Of a DNA stretch of 64,000 bases, positions 9,627-17,853 are shown in pieces (positions within the stretch are counted from its first letter, which is position 1; each line of letters begins with the position of its first letter). The stretch is from positions 1 through 64,000 of the forward strand of contig JBBDMM010000004.1 of the NCBI GenBank assembly GCA_040878325.1, given 5' to 3'. Below the pieces are notes generated by a model that was not told the origin of the DNA, did not search any database, and saw only the letters and a list, made by a program, of their open reading frames with translations. The position numbers and the translations under genes were made by a program. This stretch comes from Acidimicrobiia bacterium (GTDB lineage: Bacteria; Actinomycetota; Acidimicrobiia; Spongiisociales; UBA11373).

Positions 9627-11174
9627 ATGCGCCGAGCACCCCACGACCTCTTCGACTCCCGGCACAGCCGACGGTTCAAGCGTCGGCGCAACTGGGGACA
9701 GGTCATTTCACGCTCGCTGATCGGGGCACTGGTTGTGATCGTCCTGGTGGGTGGCTGGGTCATCTTGCGCAACGCCTTCGCCACCGACGAAGTCCACCTT
9801 CGGGTCATCAGCGCCGACCAGCAGCCCATCGCCGGGGCAGTGATCGTCGCCGACAACGGGCGCGAGGCCGTCACTTCCGAGGGAGGACTCGCCACTCTCG
9901 CCTTCGAGGCGCCGGCAACGCTCACCGTCACGGCTCGCGGCCACCAGAGCGCGACCTATCCGGTCGACGTGATCCCACCCCAGGGGGCCATTTCCCTGCA
10001 GATGTACCCACGGGTGTTGCAGGGGCGGGTCACCGACGTCAACGGAATCGGGCTACCGGGAGCGACCGTCGTACTCGGAGACCAGGCGGTCACTGCGGGT
10101 GAGTTTGGCAGCTTCGAGATCGTGGCGGCGGAGCCAGGGATCGTCAGGGCGGAGAAGGCGGCGTGGACTCCGACCGAGGAGGAGTGGGGTGGCCAGCGAA
10201 CCCGCCTCGACCTGGTGCTCGAGCCCTTCATGGTCAAGGGGCTTCGGGTGTTCTACGACGCCGCCGGCGACGCCGAGGCGTTCGCCGAGATACTCCGCAT
10301 CGCCGAGACCACCGCCGTCAACGCTCTCATCTTCGACACCAAAGAGGAGAAGGGTTGGGTGCTCTATGACTCGGCGGTCCCCTTCGCCCGTGAAGCAGGC
10401 GCGATCGAGGTCAGGTACGACGTCCGTGACGTGCTGGCGCAGGCCAAGGAGCGGGGCCTGTACGCCATCACCCGGATCGTGGTGTTCCAGGACCCATACG
10501 CCACCGTCCTCAACGCCGACGCGGCCATCAAGGACAGCGAGACCGGGAGTGCGTGGACGACGGTCCAGGGCTTCGGATGGATGGACCCGACCAACCGCGA
10601 CTCGTGGCAGTACCCGATCGACCTCGCCATCGAGGCGTGCCAGTTGGGTTTCGACGAGATCCAGTTCGACTACGTCCGGTTTCCATCCGATGGCGACATC
10701 TCGACGGCTCGCTACTCGATCGACTCGCCGAATGCCGACACCCGGGTGGAGACCATCGCTGCATTCTTGGGGGAAGCCCGTGACCAGATCCACGAGGAAG
10801 GTTGCGCGGTGTCTGCGGACATCTTCGCAATCGTGCTCTCGGTCTTCGACGACCAGGGCATCGGCCAGCGGGTCGAAGAGCTGTCCTGGACGGTCGATGC
10901 GATCAGCCCGATGATCTACCCCAGCCACTACGGCCCCGGCTGGCTCAACCTCGACAATCCCAACGACTACCCCGCCGAGGTCGTCGGACAGGCCCTCCGG
11001 GCCGGCATGCCCCGCCTCGAAGGTGGGGCGCTGATGCGACCCTGGCTACAGGCCTTCTCGTGGGATGCCTCCCAGGTGCTCGAAAGCATCCTCACCGCCG
11101 AAGAATCGACCAACGGCTGGATGCTGTGGAACTCGATCAGTGACTTCGTGGTGGAGGGGATACCTGAGGAGTGA
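9627..11174 (+). CDS. Membrane-anchored putative glycoside hydrolase (DUF4015-like)
   Basis: N-terminal TM, beta-sandwich repeats, RIVVFQD, GFDEIQFDYVRFP, PMIYPSHY, RPWLQAF. Confidence 0.8.
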   Translation: MRRAPHDLFDSRHSRRFKRRRNWGQVISRSLIGALVVIVLVGGWVILRNAFATDEVHLRVISADQQPIAGAVIVADNGREAVTSEGGLATLAFEAPATLTVTARGHQSATYPVDVIPPQGAISLQMYPRVLQGRVTDVNGIGLPGATVVLGDQAVTAGEFGSFEIVAAEPGIVRAEKAAWTPTEEEWGGQRTRLDLVLEPFMVKGLRVFYDAAGDAEAFAEILRIAETTAVNALIFDTKEEKGWVLYDSAVPFAREAGAIEVRYDVRDVLAQAKERGLYAITRIVVFQDPYATVLNADAAIKDSETGSAWTTVQGFGWMDPTNRDSWQYPIDLAIEACQLGFDEIQFDYVRFPSDGDISTARYSIDSPNADTRVETIAAFLGEARDQIHEEGCAVSADIFAIVLSVFDDQGIGQRVEELSWTVDAISPMIYPSHYGPGWLNLDNPNDYPAEVVGQALRAGMPRLEGGALMRPWLQAFSWDASQVLESILTAEESTNGWMLWNSISDFVVEGIPEE

Positions 11175-11184
11175 GGGCTCGCGG

Positions 11185-11228
11185 GGCCTCGCCTGCGATA
11201 CGCAATACGCGATACGCAATTCGACAGA
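11185..11228 (+). repeat. GGCCTCGC half-hairpin plus heptamer array (GCRATAC)x4 ending GACAGA
   Basis: gcgatac gcaatac gcgatac gcaattc gacaga; inverted partner at 11300-11334. Confidence 0.85.
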
Positions 11229-11299
11229 TCGCGTCCACCGCTGAGTTTGAAACTCCCGCCTCCGGAACGTCTAACTCCCAGCTCAGGGGAAAACCGCCC

Positions 11300-11334
11300 T
11301 CCTTCGTATTGCGTATCGCGAATTGCGAATCGCG
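11300..11334 (-). repeat. Heptamer array (CGWATYG)x4, inverted relative to 11195-11222
   Basis: cgtattg cgtatcg cgaattg cgaatcg. Confidence 0.85.
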
Positions 11335-11336
11335 CT

Positions 11337-12152
11337 CTACAGAGGAAGCGTCATTCCTTCGTACGCGGCGTCTACGGGGGTGAAGAGGCGACGGGCCTCG
11401 GCGCGCATCGCATCGATCTCGTCGTCATCGCGGTCGGGATCATGGCTCGTCAATATCAACCGACCCACCCCGGCGGCGCGGGCTGCAGTCGCGGCCTGCT
11501 CCCAATCACTGTGACCCCAGCCCTTCTTGGTCGCCAGGTGCTCCTCGGGGGTGTATTGCGCATCGTGGAACATCACGTCGGCGCCGGACGCGAAATCGGT
11601 GATCGCCTCGTCCAACTCGGCGCTGTCTCCCGCCTCGTGATCCGTGACGATGACGATGGTCCGCTCCGCCTCGAGACGATAGGCCACCGTCATCTGCGGG
11701 TGGCTGACCCCGATGTGAGTCACCTTGACCGGCCCGAGCTTCATCGAATCTTCGAGGAGGTGGATGCTCACTCCCGTCGCCTTGTCGACAGGCACCGGCC
11801 ACCACGGCGGTCTCATCACGTCGCCAAGTGCCTCTGCCGGTGTCTTTGCCTCGCAGGCGGGGCCGTAGAGGTCCACCCGAACGCTCGGGTCGTACACCGC
11901 GCCGAACGTCGGCAAGCCCTGGATGTGGTCCCAGTGGTAGTGGGTCAGGAGGACCGTGAAGCGCTTCGGGCCTTCCTGCTTGCGCACCAGATTCTGCAGG
12001 TTCCGCAGACCGGTGCCGGCGTCGATCACCAGGTAATGCCCGGGTTCGACCTCGACGTAGTAGCAGGTGGTGTTTCCCCCGTACCGCCGGTACTCGGGAC
12101 CCGAGACGCACATTGAGCCGCGGCAACCACCGACCGTGAGGGTGAGGGTCAT
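11337..12152 (-). CDS. MBL-fold metallo-hydrolase
   Basis: RYGGNTTC, IDAGTG, THYHWDHIQG (HxHxDH), HDAQY, GWGHS. Confidence 0.9.
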   Translation of the reverse strand: MTLTLTVGGCRGSMCVSGPEYRRYGGNTTCYYVEVEPGHYLVIDAGTGLRNLQNLVRKQEGPKRFTVLLTHYHWDHIQGLPTFGAVYDPSVRVDLYGPACEAKTPAEALGDVMRPPWWPVPVDKATGVSIHLLEDSMKLGPVKVTHIGVSHPQMTVAYRLEAERTIVIVTDHEAGDSAELDEAITDFASGADVMFHDAQYTPEEHLATKKGWGHSDWEQAATAARAAGVGRLILTSHDPDRDDDEIDAMRAEARRLFTPVDAAYEGMTLPL

Positions 12153-12228
12153 CGTGAGACGCGTCCGGTCTGCTCAGGGCGTGCCTGAGTGCGCAGGGTC
12201 GAACCCGGCGAGAGACATGACCGGGGTT

Positions 12229-12642
12229 TCAGTCGCTCAGCGCCTTCTCGGTACCGCTGAGCCGGGTGGCCAACTCGTTCATGATCTTCATGCCGATATC
12301 GGGATGAGTGCTCAGAATGGCGCGCAAGTCCCACTGGGTGATCACGAGGCACTTTGCCTTCGTGAGTGCGACCACGTCGGCGGTGCGCGGCGTGTCCTCG
12401 AGCAGCAGTGCCATCTCGCCGAAATAGTCCCCGGTCGCGAGATCGGCCACGGCGACGCCGCCCTTGCGAACCTGCGCGGTCCCTTCGAGGAGCAGATAGA
12501 AGCCGAGGCCCGGATCGCCTTCGCGGATGATGACTTCGCCAGGTTCGAATGTCCGCTCCTTTGCGGTCACCATCACGCTCGCCAGCTCCTTTTCGGTGCA
12601 GGCGCTGAACAGCCCCGTCTGCTTCAGCAACTCGATACCCAT
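12229..12642 (-). CDS. Stand-alone cyclic nucleotide-binding domain protein
   Basis: IIREGD..FYLLLEG, phosphate-binding cassette FGEMALL..PRTADV; GGAGGG RBS. Confidence 0.9.
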   Translation of the reverse strand: MGIELLKQTGLFSACTEKELASVMVTAKERTFEPGEVIIREGDPGLGFYLLLEGTAQVRKGGVAVADLATGDYFGEMALLLEDTPRTADVVALTKAKCLVITQWDLRAILSTHPDIGMKIMNELATRLSGTEKALSD

Positions 12643-12700
12643 AACCCTCCACCTTCTAGTGAGCGCACACGATATCCGAACCGAGCGGGCGAGTTTTCGA

Positions 12701-13756
12701 TCAAGCGTATGGGCCGGTCACCCGGGCCGACTGGAGCGGCAGCAGCGTACCCAACGATTGCGCTACCACGACGACCTGGTCACCGAACGAGAGGGTGAAG
12801 TCACTCGGAGGATTGCTGTAGGTGACGTCACCTCGCGACACGGCCATGAGGGTCGCCTGATGGTCCCGGCGCATCCGTGCCGAAAGCTCATCGATGCTGA
12901 GACCGCAATACTCGTCGGGCAGGATCACCCGGTAGAGCTCGGATCCCTCTCCGCCCGACACAATGTCGGTGACGAACTCACTGAGGCCCGGGTACATCGC
13001 CGTACGGGCGAGGAGCCTCGACGCCAGTCGCGAAGTGACCAGCACCTCATCGACATGGGTCCGTTCGAAGTGGGTCACATGCCTGGGGTTGTTCACCTCG
13101 GCCACCGTACGCACATTCGGGGCCATCGTCTCGATGGCCAGCACGACCAGGATCGATCGCATGTCGGCGGCGTCCGACGCGTCGCTCGGGCAGATGATCG
13201 CGGCCGAGGCGTGAGCGACTCCGGCGCGCTCGAGGTCCTCGGAGTTGGTTGCATCGCCCCGTACGAAGTAGATGCCCTCCCCGGCCGGACTCCTCTCCGA
13301 GTCGTGCAAGAGGACGATCTTCACTCCGTACTCGTCAGACCGGAGCTCTTCGATGAGGTCGCGCGCCGTCGTGTTCCATCCGCAGACCACGATGTGGCCC
13401 TCATATCCCGAAGCACCCATGCCCTGACCCTCCTTCATGAGAAAGTCGATGACCACTCCGACGACGGCGCCCGTAACCGTGACGAGCACTCCGACACCGA
13501 AGATCGCCAGCATCCAATGGATCACCCACCCGGTGGGGGTCGACACGTACGAGATGTCGCCCGCGTCGAGAATCGTCATCACCGACCAGTAGAACGATCG
13601 GCCGAACTCCGAGAGCGTGGCCTCCTTCTCGACCAGTGTCACCCCGATGGTGGCGAGGAGGACGACGATCAGGCTCGTAATTAGGAGCGGCCTGACCACC
13701 TTTCCGCCGAACTGCCCGCGAATCCGCCGGTAGTGCCACCGCAACCGCTTGAACAA
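12701..13756 (-). CDS. 2TM ion channel with RCK (TrkA-N/TrkA-C) domains, non-GYG filter
   Basis: TM-pore(WSVMTILDAGD)-TM, HIVVCGWN RCK domain; TTG start with GGAGG RBS. Confidence 0.8.
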   Translation of the reverse strand: MFKRLRWHYRRIRGQFGGKVVRPLLITSLIVVLLATIGVTLVEKEATLSEFGRSFYWSVMTILDAGDISYVSTPTGWVIHWMLAIFGVGVLVTVTGAVVGVVIDFLMKEGQGMGASGYEGHIVVCGWNTTARDLIEELRSDEYGVKIVLLHDSERSPAGEGIYFVRGDATNSEDLERAGVAHASAAIICPSDASDAADMRSILVVLAIETMAPNVRTVAEVNNPRHVTHFERTHVDEVLVTSRLASRLLARTAMYPGLSEFVTDIVSGGEGSELYRVILPDEYCGLSIDELSARMRRDHQATLMAVSRGDVTYSNPPSDFTLSFGDQVVVVAQSLGTLLPLQSARVTGPYA

Positions 13757-13793
13757 GTCCGTGCCTCCGGTTGAACGTGGAGGATAGGGAGGA

Positions 13794-13871
13794 AGTCTCC
13801 AATCTCCAGTCGCCAGTTTCCAGCAGGCGGGCCTTTCGCCATCCGCCATCCGCCATCCGCCATCCGCAAGA
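13794..13871 (+). repeat. Two heptamer arrays: (ARTCKCC)x4-AGCAGG and (ATCCGCC)x~5-GCAAGA
   Basis: agtctcc aatctcc agtcgcc agtttcc agcaggc; tttcgcc atccgcc x3 atccgca aga. Confidence 0.9.
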
Positions 13872-13905
13872 GCACTCAAGCGCTCGCGGTTTGCTCTCCG
13901 GCCGC

Positions 13906-14043
13906 TGCCAGGGCCGTTCGCCCCTGGTAGGGACGGGGCGAAAGCGACATTGTCGGGCTGAGAGGATGTTCGGCGGGAGCGCGGGTCCGACCCGACACAG
14001 CGCCCCCTCCTGTGAGTGGTGGATCCCCTCCCGCCGCATCCTC
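13906..14043. other. Strongly base-paired intergenic element (candidate ncRNA)
   Basis: GAGGATG/CATCCTC, CGGCGGGAG/CTCCCGCCG, GGGTCC/GGATCC and CACAG/CTGTG nested stems; extra hairpins at 13906-13942. Confidence 0.45.
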
Positions 14044-14048
14044 AACAA

Positions 14049-14154
14049 CCAGCTGCCAGCCACGGCTCCAGCACCAGCCAGCAGCCCCAACTCCAACCCG
14101 CGGGCATCCGCATCCACTCGGCTATCCGGGTTTCGCCTTTCGCCTTTCGCCCTT
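14049..14154 (+). repeat. Degenerate hexamer array (NCCAGC) and heptamer array (TTTCGCC)x3
   Basis: gccagc cacggc tccagc accagc at ~14055-14078; tttcgcc x3 at 14131-14151. Confidence 0.75.
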
Positions 14155-14201
14155 CCTTGCCAACCTGCCCCTTCCGCACTCCCCCGGACTACCTTCAATT
14201 C

Positions 14202-15581
14202 ATGACCGCCGAGCGGTACCGCAACCTGGTCGACGCGGCGATGGGGCGCCACCGGTGGATCTTGTGCGCCGACGTCGCCGCGGCGTTCACCCCGGCTGTC
14301 AAGGAGATGCGCGAGAAGGGGGCACCCCGACCGCTGTTGCTCTGCGGAGGCAAAGGGACGGGTGATCTCCCCACCGGGGACGATTGCGAGATGGTGATCC
14401 TCGGAACGAAGGGCGACACGATGATGGGCGGGATCCGTGCCTACCACGCCGCCCTGCGTGACCTCCCCGGCTGGGCGATGGATCGGATCGATGCGTGGGA
14501 CCCCACTGGCGAGGCTCGGGTGCTGGCGTCATTTCTCGACAACGACTTCGAGATCGGTGGCCGCCCCGCCTGGGGGGGACGTCCCGAAGCGTGGATCGCC
14601 CTCGATGACAAGACGACGGTTGGCGAGATTTGGCGAGGAGCCGAAGTGGACGCCGCCCCGGCGGAAGCCGTCGCCGCGGATGCGGCCGCGCTTGTCGACG
14701 CCTCCTGCCGACTCCAGGGCGCGTTGGGCTCGGTGTGGGCCGGCGACAACCGGGAGGGCTGGCACGGCGGGGCGGAGTACACCCGATACATCGCCGATCC
14801 CGAAGACGCATCTGCGGCCGTGGCGTTCTTTCAAGCCCACTGCGACAAGGCCCGTGTCATGCCCTTCCTCGAAGGCGTGCCGTGTTCGATCCACGGGATG
14901 GTGTTCCCCGACCGGGTGGCAGCCTTTCGTCCCGTCGAGATGGTGGTGTTCCGTGCCCCGGGTTCGGACATGTTTCGCTACGCCTCGGTGGCCACCTCGT
15001 GGGATCCCCCGGCCGAAATGCGGGAGGAAATGAGGGCGGCCGCGCGGCGGGTCGGCAGCCATCTGCGCGACCTCGTCGGCTTCCGAGGGGTGTTCACCGT
15101 CGACGGCGTGGCGACGGCAGATGGCTTCCTGCCGACGGAACTCAACCCTCGCTTCGGCGCAGGGCTCGGTCCGGTGGCCCGCGCCGCAGACATGCCGCTC
15201 TTGGGAATCAGCCGGCTGCTGATCGCCGGGGAAACCGACGGCCTCGATCCCGCCGAGATCGAGCAGATCTCAGTGGAGGGGGGCGATGCCAAACGGCATC
15301 TTGGCGGATTCACCATGGTTTCGATGGCCATCGACGAAACGGTGGAGAGCCGGGGAAACTGGGACGGCGCACAGTTGACCATCCTCGACGGCGAAGGCGG
15401 CAACGCCACATTGCTCAGGGGGCCCGCGTCGGCCGGAGGGATGGTCCGCTTCACGCTCGACCCCGACCACGTCGTCGCCGGAACCCAGGCTGCACCCGTC
15501 GTGATGCAAGCCTTCCGGGCCACCGACGAGAAATGGGCCACCGGGATCGGGGAACTGATACCAGGGGTCCCGCCCGCATAG
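14202..15581 (+). CDS. Hypothetical protein with ATP-grasp-like C-terminal region
   Basis: LDDK, MPFLEGVPCSIHG, FRGVFTVDG, TELNPRFG motifs; leaderless TACCTT box. Confidence 0.7.
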   Translation: MTAERYRNLVDAAMGRHRWILCADVAAAFTPAVKEMREKGAPRPLLLCGGKGTGDLPTGDDCEMVILGTKGDTMMGGIRAYHAALRDLPGWAMDRIDAWDPTGEARVLASFLDNDFEIGGRPAWGGRPEAWIALDDKTTVGEIWRGAEVDAAPAEAVAADAAALVDASCRLQGALGSVWAGDNREGWHGGAEYTRYIADPEDASAAVAFFQAHCDKARVMPFLEGVPCSIHGMVFPDRVAAFRPVEMVVFRAPGSDMFRYASVATSWDPPAEMREEMRAAARRVGSHLRDLVGFRGVFTVDGVATADGFLPTELNPRFGAGLGPVARAADMPLLGISRLLIAGETDGLDPAEIEQISVEGGDAKRHLGGFTMVSMAIDETVESRGNWDGAQLTILDGEGGNATLLRGPASAGGMVRFTLDPDHVVAGTQAAPVVMQAFRATDEKWATGIGELIPGVPPA

Positions 15582-15590
15582 CGGACGGGA

Positions 15591-15681
15591 CCAGTCGCCA
15601 GTCTCCGGTCCCCAGCAGGAAACGCGGCCGAGGCCCGGTTCCCTGGTCTTACTGGAGACTGGCGACTGGCGACTGGTGACT
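15591..15681. repeat. Inverted pair of AGTCNCC heptamer arrays with inward GCAGGA / GTAAGA ends
   Basis: + agtcgcc agtctcc ggtcccc agcagga (15593-15620); - tcttact ggagact ggcgact ggcgact ggtgact (15647-15681). Confidence 0.9.
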
Positions 15682-17052
15682 TGGTTCAAACTTTGCGGTG
15701 AAGTGCCGCAGCCACGGCGCCTGTTCGGTGATCCGATATCCACCGAGGGAAGGCGCCCGCTTGGCGACCGAGAGGACGACTTCGGCCACGTAGTCGATGT
15801 GGCTCTGGGTATAGGTGCGCCGCGGGATCGCCAACCGAACCAACTCCATGGTGGCAGGCGTCTCGCTGCCGTCCTCGTGGGGCACCCCGAACATCACCGA
15901 GCCGATCTCCACCCCCCGAACCCCGCCATCGCGATACAACTCGACCGCCAGTGACTGCGCCGGGTACTGGCTCGGAGGAATGTGGGGAAGCAGCGCCTTC
16001 GCGTCGATATAGATGGCGTGTCCCCCGGGGGGCCACACGATGGGAACGCCGCCGTCCCGGCACTTCTCCCCCAGGTACTCCGTGCTGCGGATGCGGTACC
16101 GGAGATAATTCTCGTCGAGCACCTCCCGCAGGCCCACCGCGATCGCCTCGAGATCGCGTCCGGCGAGACCGCCATAGGTGGGGAACCCTTCGGTGAGGAT
16201 CAGGAGGTTGCGGCACTTGGCCGCCAAGTCGGGGTCGCGCATCGCCAGGAACCCGCCGATGTTGGCGATGCCATCCTTCTTCGCACTGAAGGTGACTCCG
16301 TCGACCAGGGAGAACATCTCCGCGGCGATCTGGCGCGGCGTCCTCTCGGATTGCCCATGCTCCCGGAGCTTGATGAACCACGCGTTCTCGGCGAACCGGG
16401 CCGCATCCATGAAGAACGGGATCGAATGGCGGGTGCAGATCTCGCGAATCCCCCGCAGGTTCTCGAGCGAGACCGGCTGACCACCACCCGAGTTGTTGGT
16501 CACGGTCACCATCACCAGCGGGATCCGCTCCGCCCCGATTTCCCCGATGGTGCGCTCGAGCTCGGCAAGATCCATGTTTCCCTTGAACGGGTGATCGAGT
16601 GCGGGGTCACGTCCTTCGGCGATCACCATGTCGCGGGCCTCGGCTCCCTGGAACTCGACATTCGCTCGGGTCGTGTCGAAATGGGTGTTGTTCGGCACCA
16701 CCGACTCTGGACCGGCGGTGACGGAGAACAGGATCCACTCTGCCGCGCGTCCCTGATGGACCGGGATCACCTCCGGAAGCCCGGTAAGCCCCTCGACTTC
16801 CTCGGCGAACCGGTAATACGAGCGGCTACCGGCGTAGGACTCGTCGCCCACCATCATCCCCGCCCACTGATCAGCCGACATCGACCCGGTGCCCGAGTCG
16901 GTGAGCAGGTCGATGATCACCTCGTCGGCGTGCAACCCGAACAGGTTGTATCCCGCCCGTTGCAGCGCGGCCTCTCGCTCCTCGGTGGTAGGGAACGCGA
17001 TCGCCTGGACACTGTGAATCCGAAAGGGCTCGATGATGGTGCGGTAGGGCAC
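15649..17052 (-). CDS. tnaA: Tryptophanase (PLP beta-eliminating lyase)
   Basis: IDLLTDSGT, HQGRAAE, HFDTTR, SAKKD PLP lysine, GFPTYGG, LRHFTA (His typical of tryptophanase rather than tyrosine phenol-lyase). Confidence 0.88.
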   Translation of the reverse strand: MPYRTIIEPFRIHSVQAIAFPTTEEREAALQRAGYNLFGLHADEVIIDLLTDSGTGSMSADQWAGMMVGDESYAGSRSYYRFAEEVEGLTGLPEVIPVHQGRAAEWILFSVTAGPESVVPNNTHFDTTRANVEFQGAEARDMVIAEGRDPALDHPFKGNMDLAELERTIGEIGAERIPLVMVTVTNNSGGGQPVSLENLRGIREICTRHSIPFFMDAARFAENAWFIKLREHGQSERTPRQIAAEMFSLVDGVTFSAKKDGIANIGGFLAMRDPDLAAKCRNLLILTEGFPTYGGLAGRDLEAIAVGLREVLDENYLRYRIRSTEYLGEKCRDGGVPIVWPPGGHAIYIDAKALLPHIPPSQYPAQSLAVELYRDGGVRGVEIGSVMFGVPHEDGSETPATMELVRLAIPRRTYTQSHIDYVAEVVLSVAKRAPSLGGYRITEQAPWLRHFTAKFEPSHQSPVASLQ

Positions 17053-17100
17053 GGGGGTCCTCACTGCTTGGTGAGAAGGACGGTAATGCGCCCAGGCGAT

Positions 17101-17245
17101 GGGCCTCGCTTCGCTCGGCCGCAATACGCAATACGCAATACGCCGAGTTATCGCACTCGAGAGGACCAGGTCGATTCTTGCGGAAGGCGGATGGCGGAAG
17201 GCGGTTGGCGATCTGCTGGAGGCTGGCGGCTGGAGGCTGGCGGCT
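17101..17245. repeat. GCGAAGC hairpin (minus strand) + (GCAATAC)x3, then minus-strand arrays (GGAWGGC)x4 and (GGMGGCT)x4
   Basis: gggcctcgcttcgctcggcc 17101-17120; gcaatac x3; tcttgc 17176-17181 then ggaaggc ggatggc ggaaggc ggttggc; atctgct ggaggct ggcggct ggaggct ggcggct. Confidence 0.9.
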
Positions 17246-17261
17246 CATTACCCTCCCCCCT

Positions 17262-17807
17262 ATGACGCGCACCGTGATCGCAGTGTTCGGGGCCTCGGCA
17301 GCGCGGCCGGGGGACGGCGACTATGAGCAGGGAATCGCATGTGGGCGACTGCTCGCTGAATCTGGGTACGCGGTGGCCACGGGCGGATACGGCGGGCTGA
17401 TGGAGGCGGTATCGCGGGGCGCCCACGAGGTGGGCGGGCGGGTACTGGGCGTCACCGCCCCGCAGGTCTTTCCGGACCGACCCGGAGCCAACCCGTTCGT
17501 GAGCGAGGAGTCCCAAGCGGCTCACCTCATGGAACGAATCCACGAACTGACCAACGTGTCGTCGGGAAGCATCACCCTTCCCGGCAGCCTCGGCACCCTC
17601 GCCGAACTGGTCCTTGCGTGGAACCTCGCCTACGTCGCTCGATTCAGCGGAGGTCTACCCAAGCCGGTCGTGGTCGTGGGAGCGCGCTGGGCCCACATGG
17701 TCGAGACGATCGTCGAACAGCTGGGCGCCGACACCGATTTGATCACCCCCGCCGAGCACGTCGAGGCAGCAGTGTCAGAGATCAAACGCAGGGTGCCTGC
17801 GGAGTAA
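17262..17807 (+). CDS. LOG family (lysine-decarboxylase-like) nucleotide-binding protein
   Basis: AVFGAS, TGGYGGLMEAVSRGA, LPGSLGTLAEL. Confidence 0.85.
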   Translation: MTRTVIAVFGASAARPGDGDYEQGIACGRLLAESGYAVATGGYGGLMEAVSRGAHEVGGRVLGVTAPQVFPDRPGANPFVSEESQAAHLMERIHELTNVSSGSITLPGSLGTLAELVLAWNLAYVARFSGGLPKPVVVVGARWAHMVETIVEQLGADTDLITPAEHVEAAVSEIKRRVPAE

Positions 17808-17851
17808 CAAGAGTCAAGAGTCAAGAGTCAAGAGTCTTGATTCTTGATTCT
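17808..17851. repeat. (CAAGAGT)x4 abutting inverted (CTTGATT)x2; fold-back between convergent genes
   Basis: caagagt x4 cttgatt x2 ct fills essentially the whole intergenic gap; probable terminator-like hairpin. Confidence 0.9.
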
Positions 17852-17853
17852 CC

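Noticed and set aside
13940..14060. TPP riboswitch (GGGCTGAGAGG) or glycine riboswitch (GGAGAG, CTCTCAG) fragments
   Set aside because: The other conserved cores are absent or out of order, and the downstream genes do not fit; kept only as an unknown structured element.
15649..17052. Tyrosine phenol-lyase assignment
   Set aside because: The SAKKD and RHFTA motifs fit tryptophanase better.
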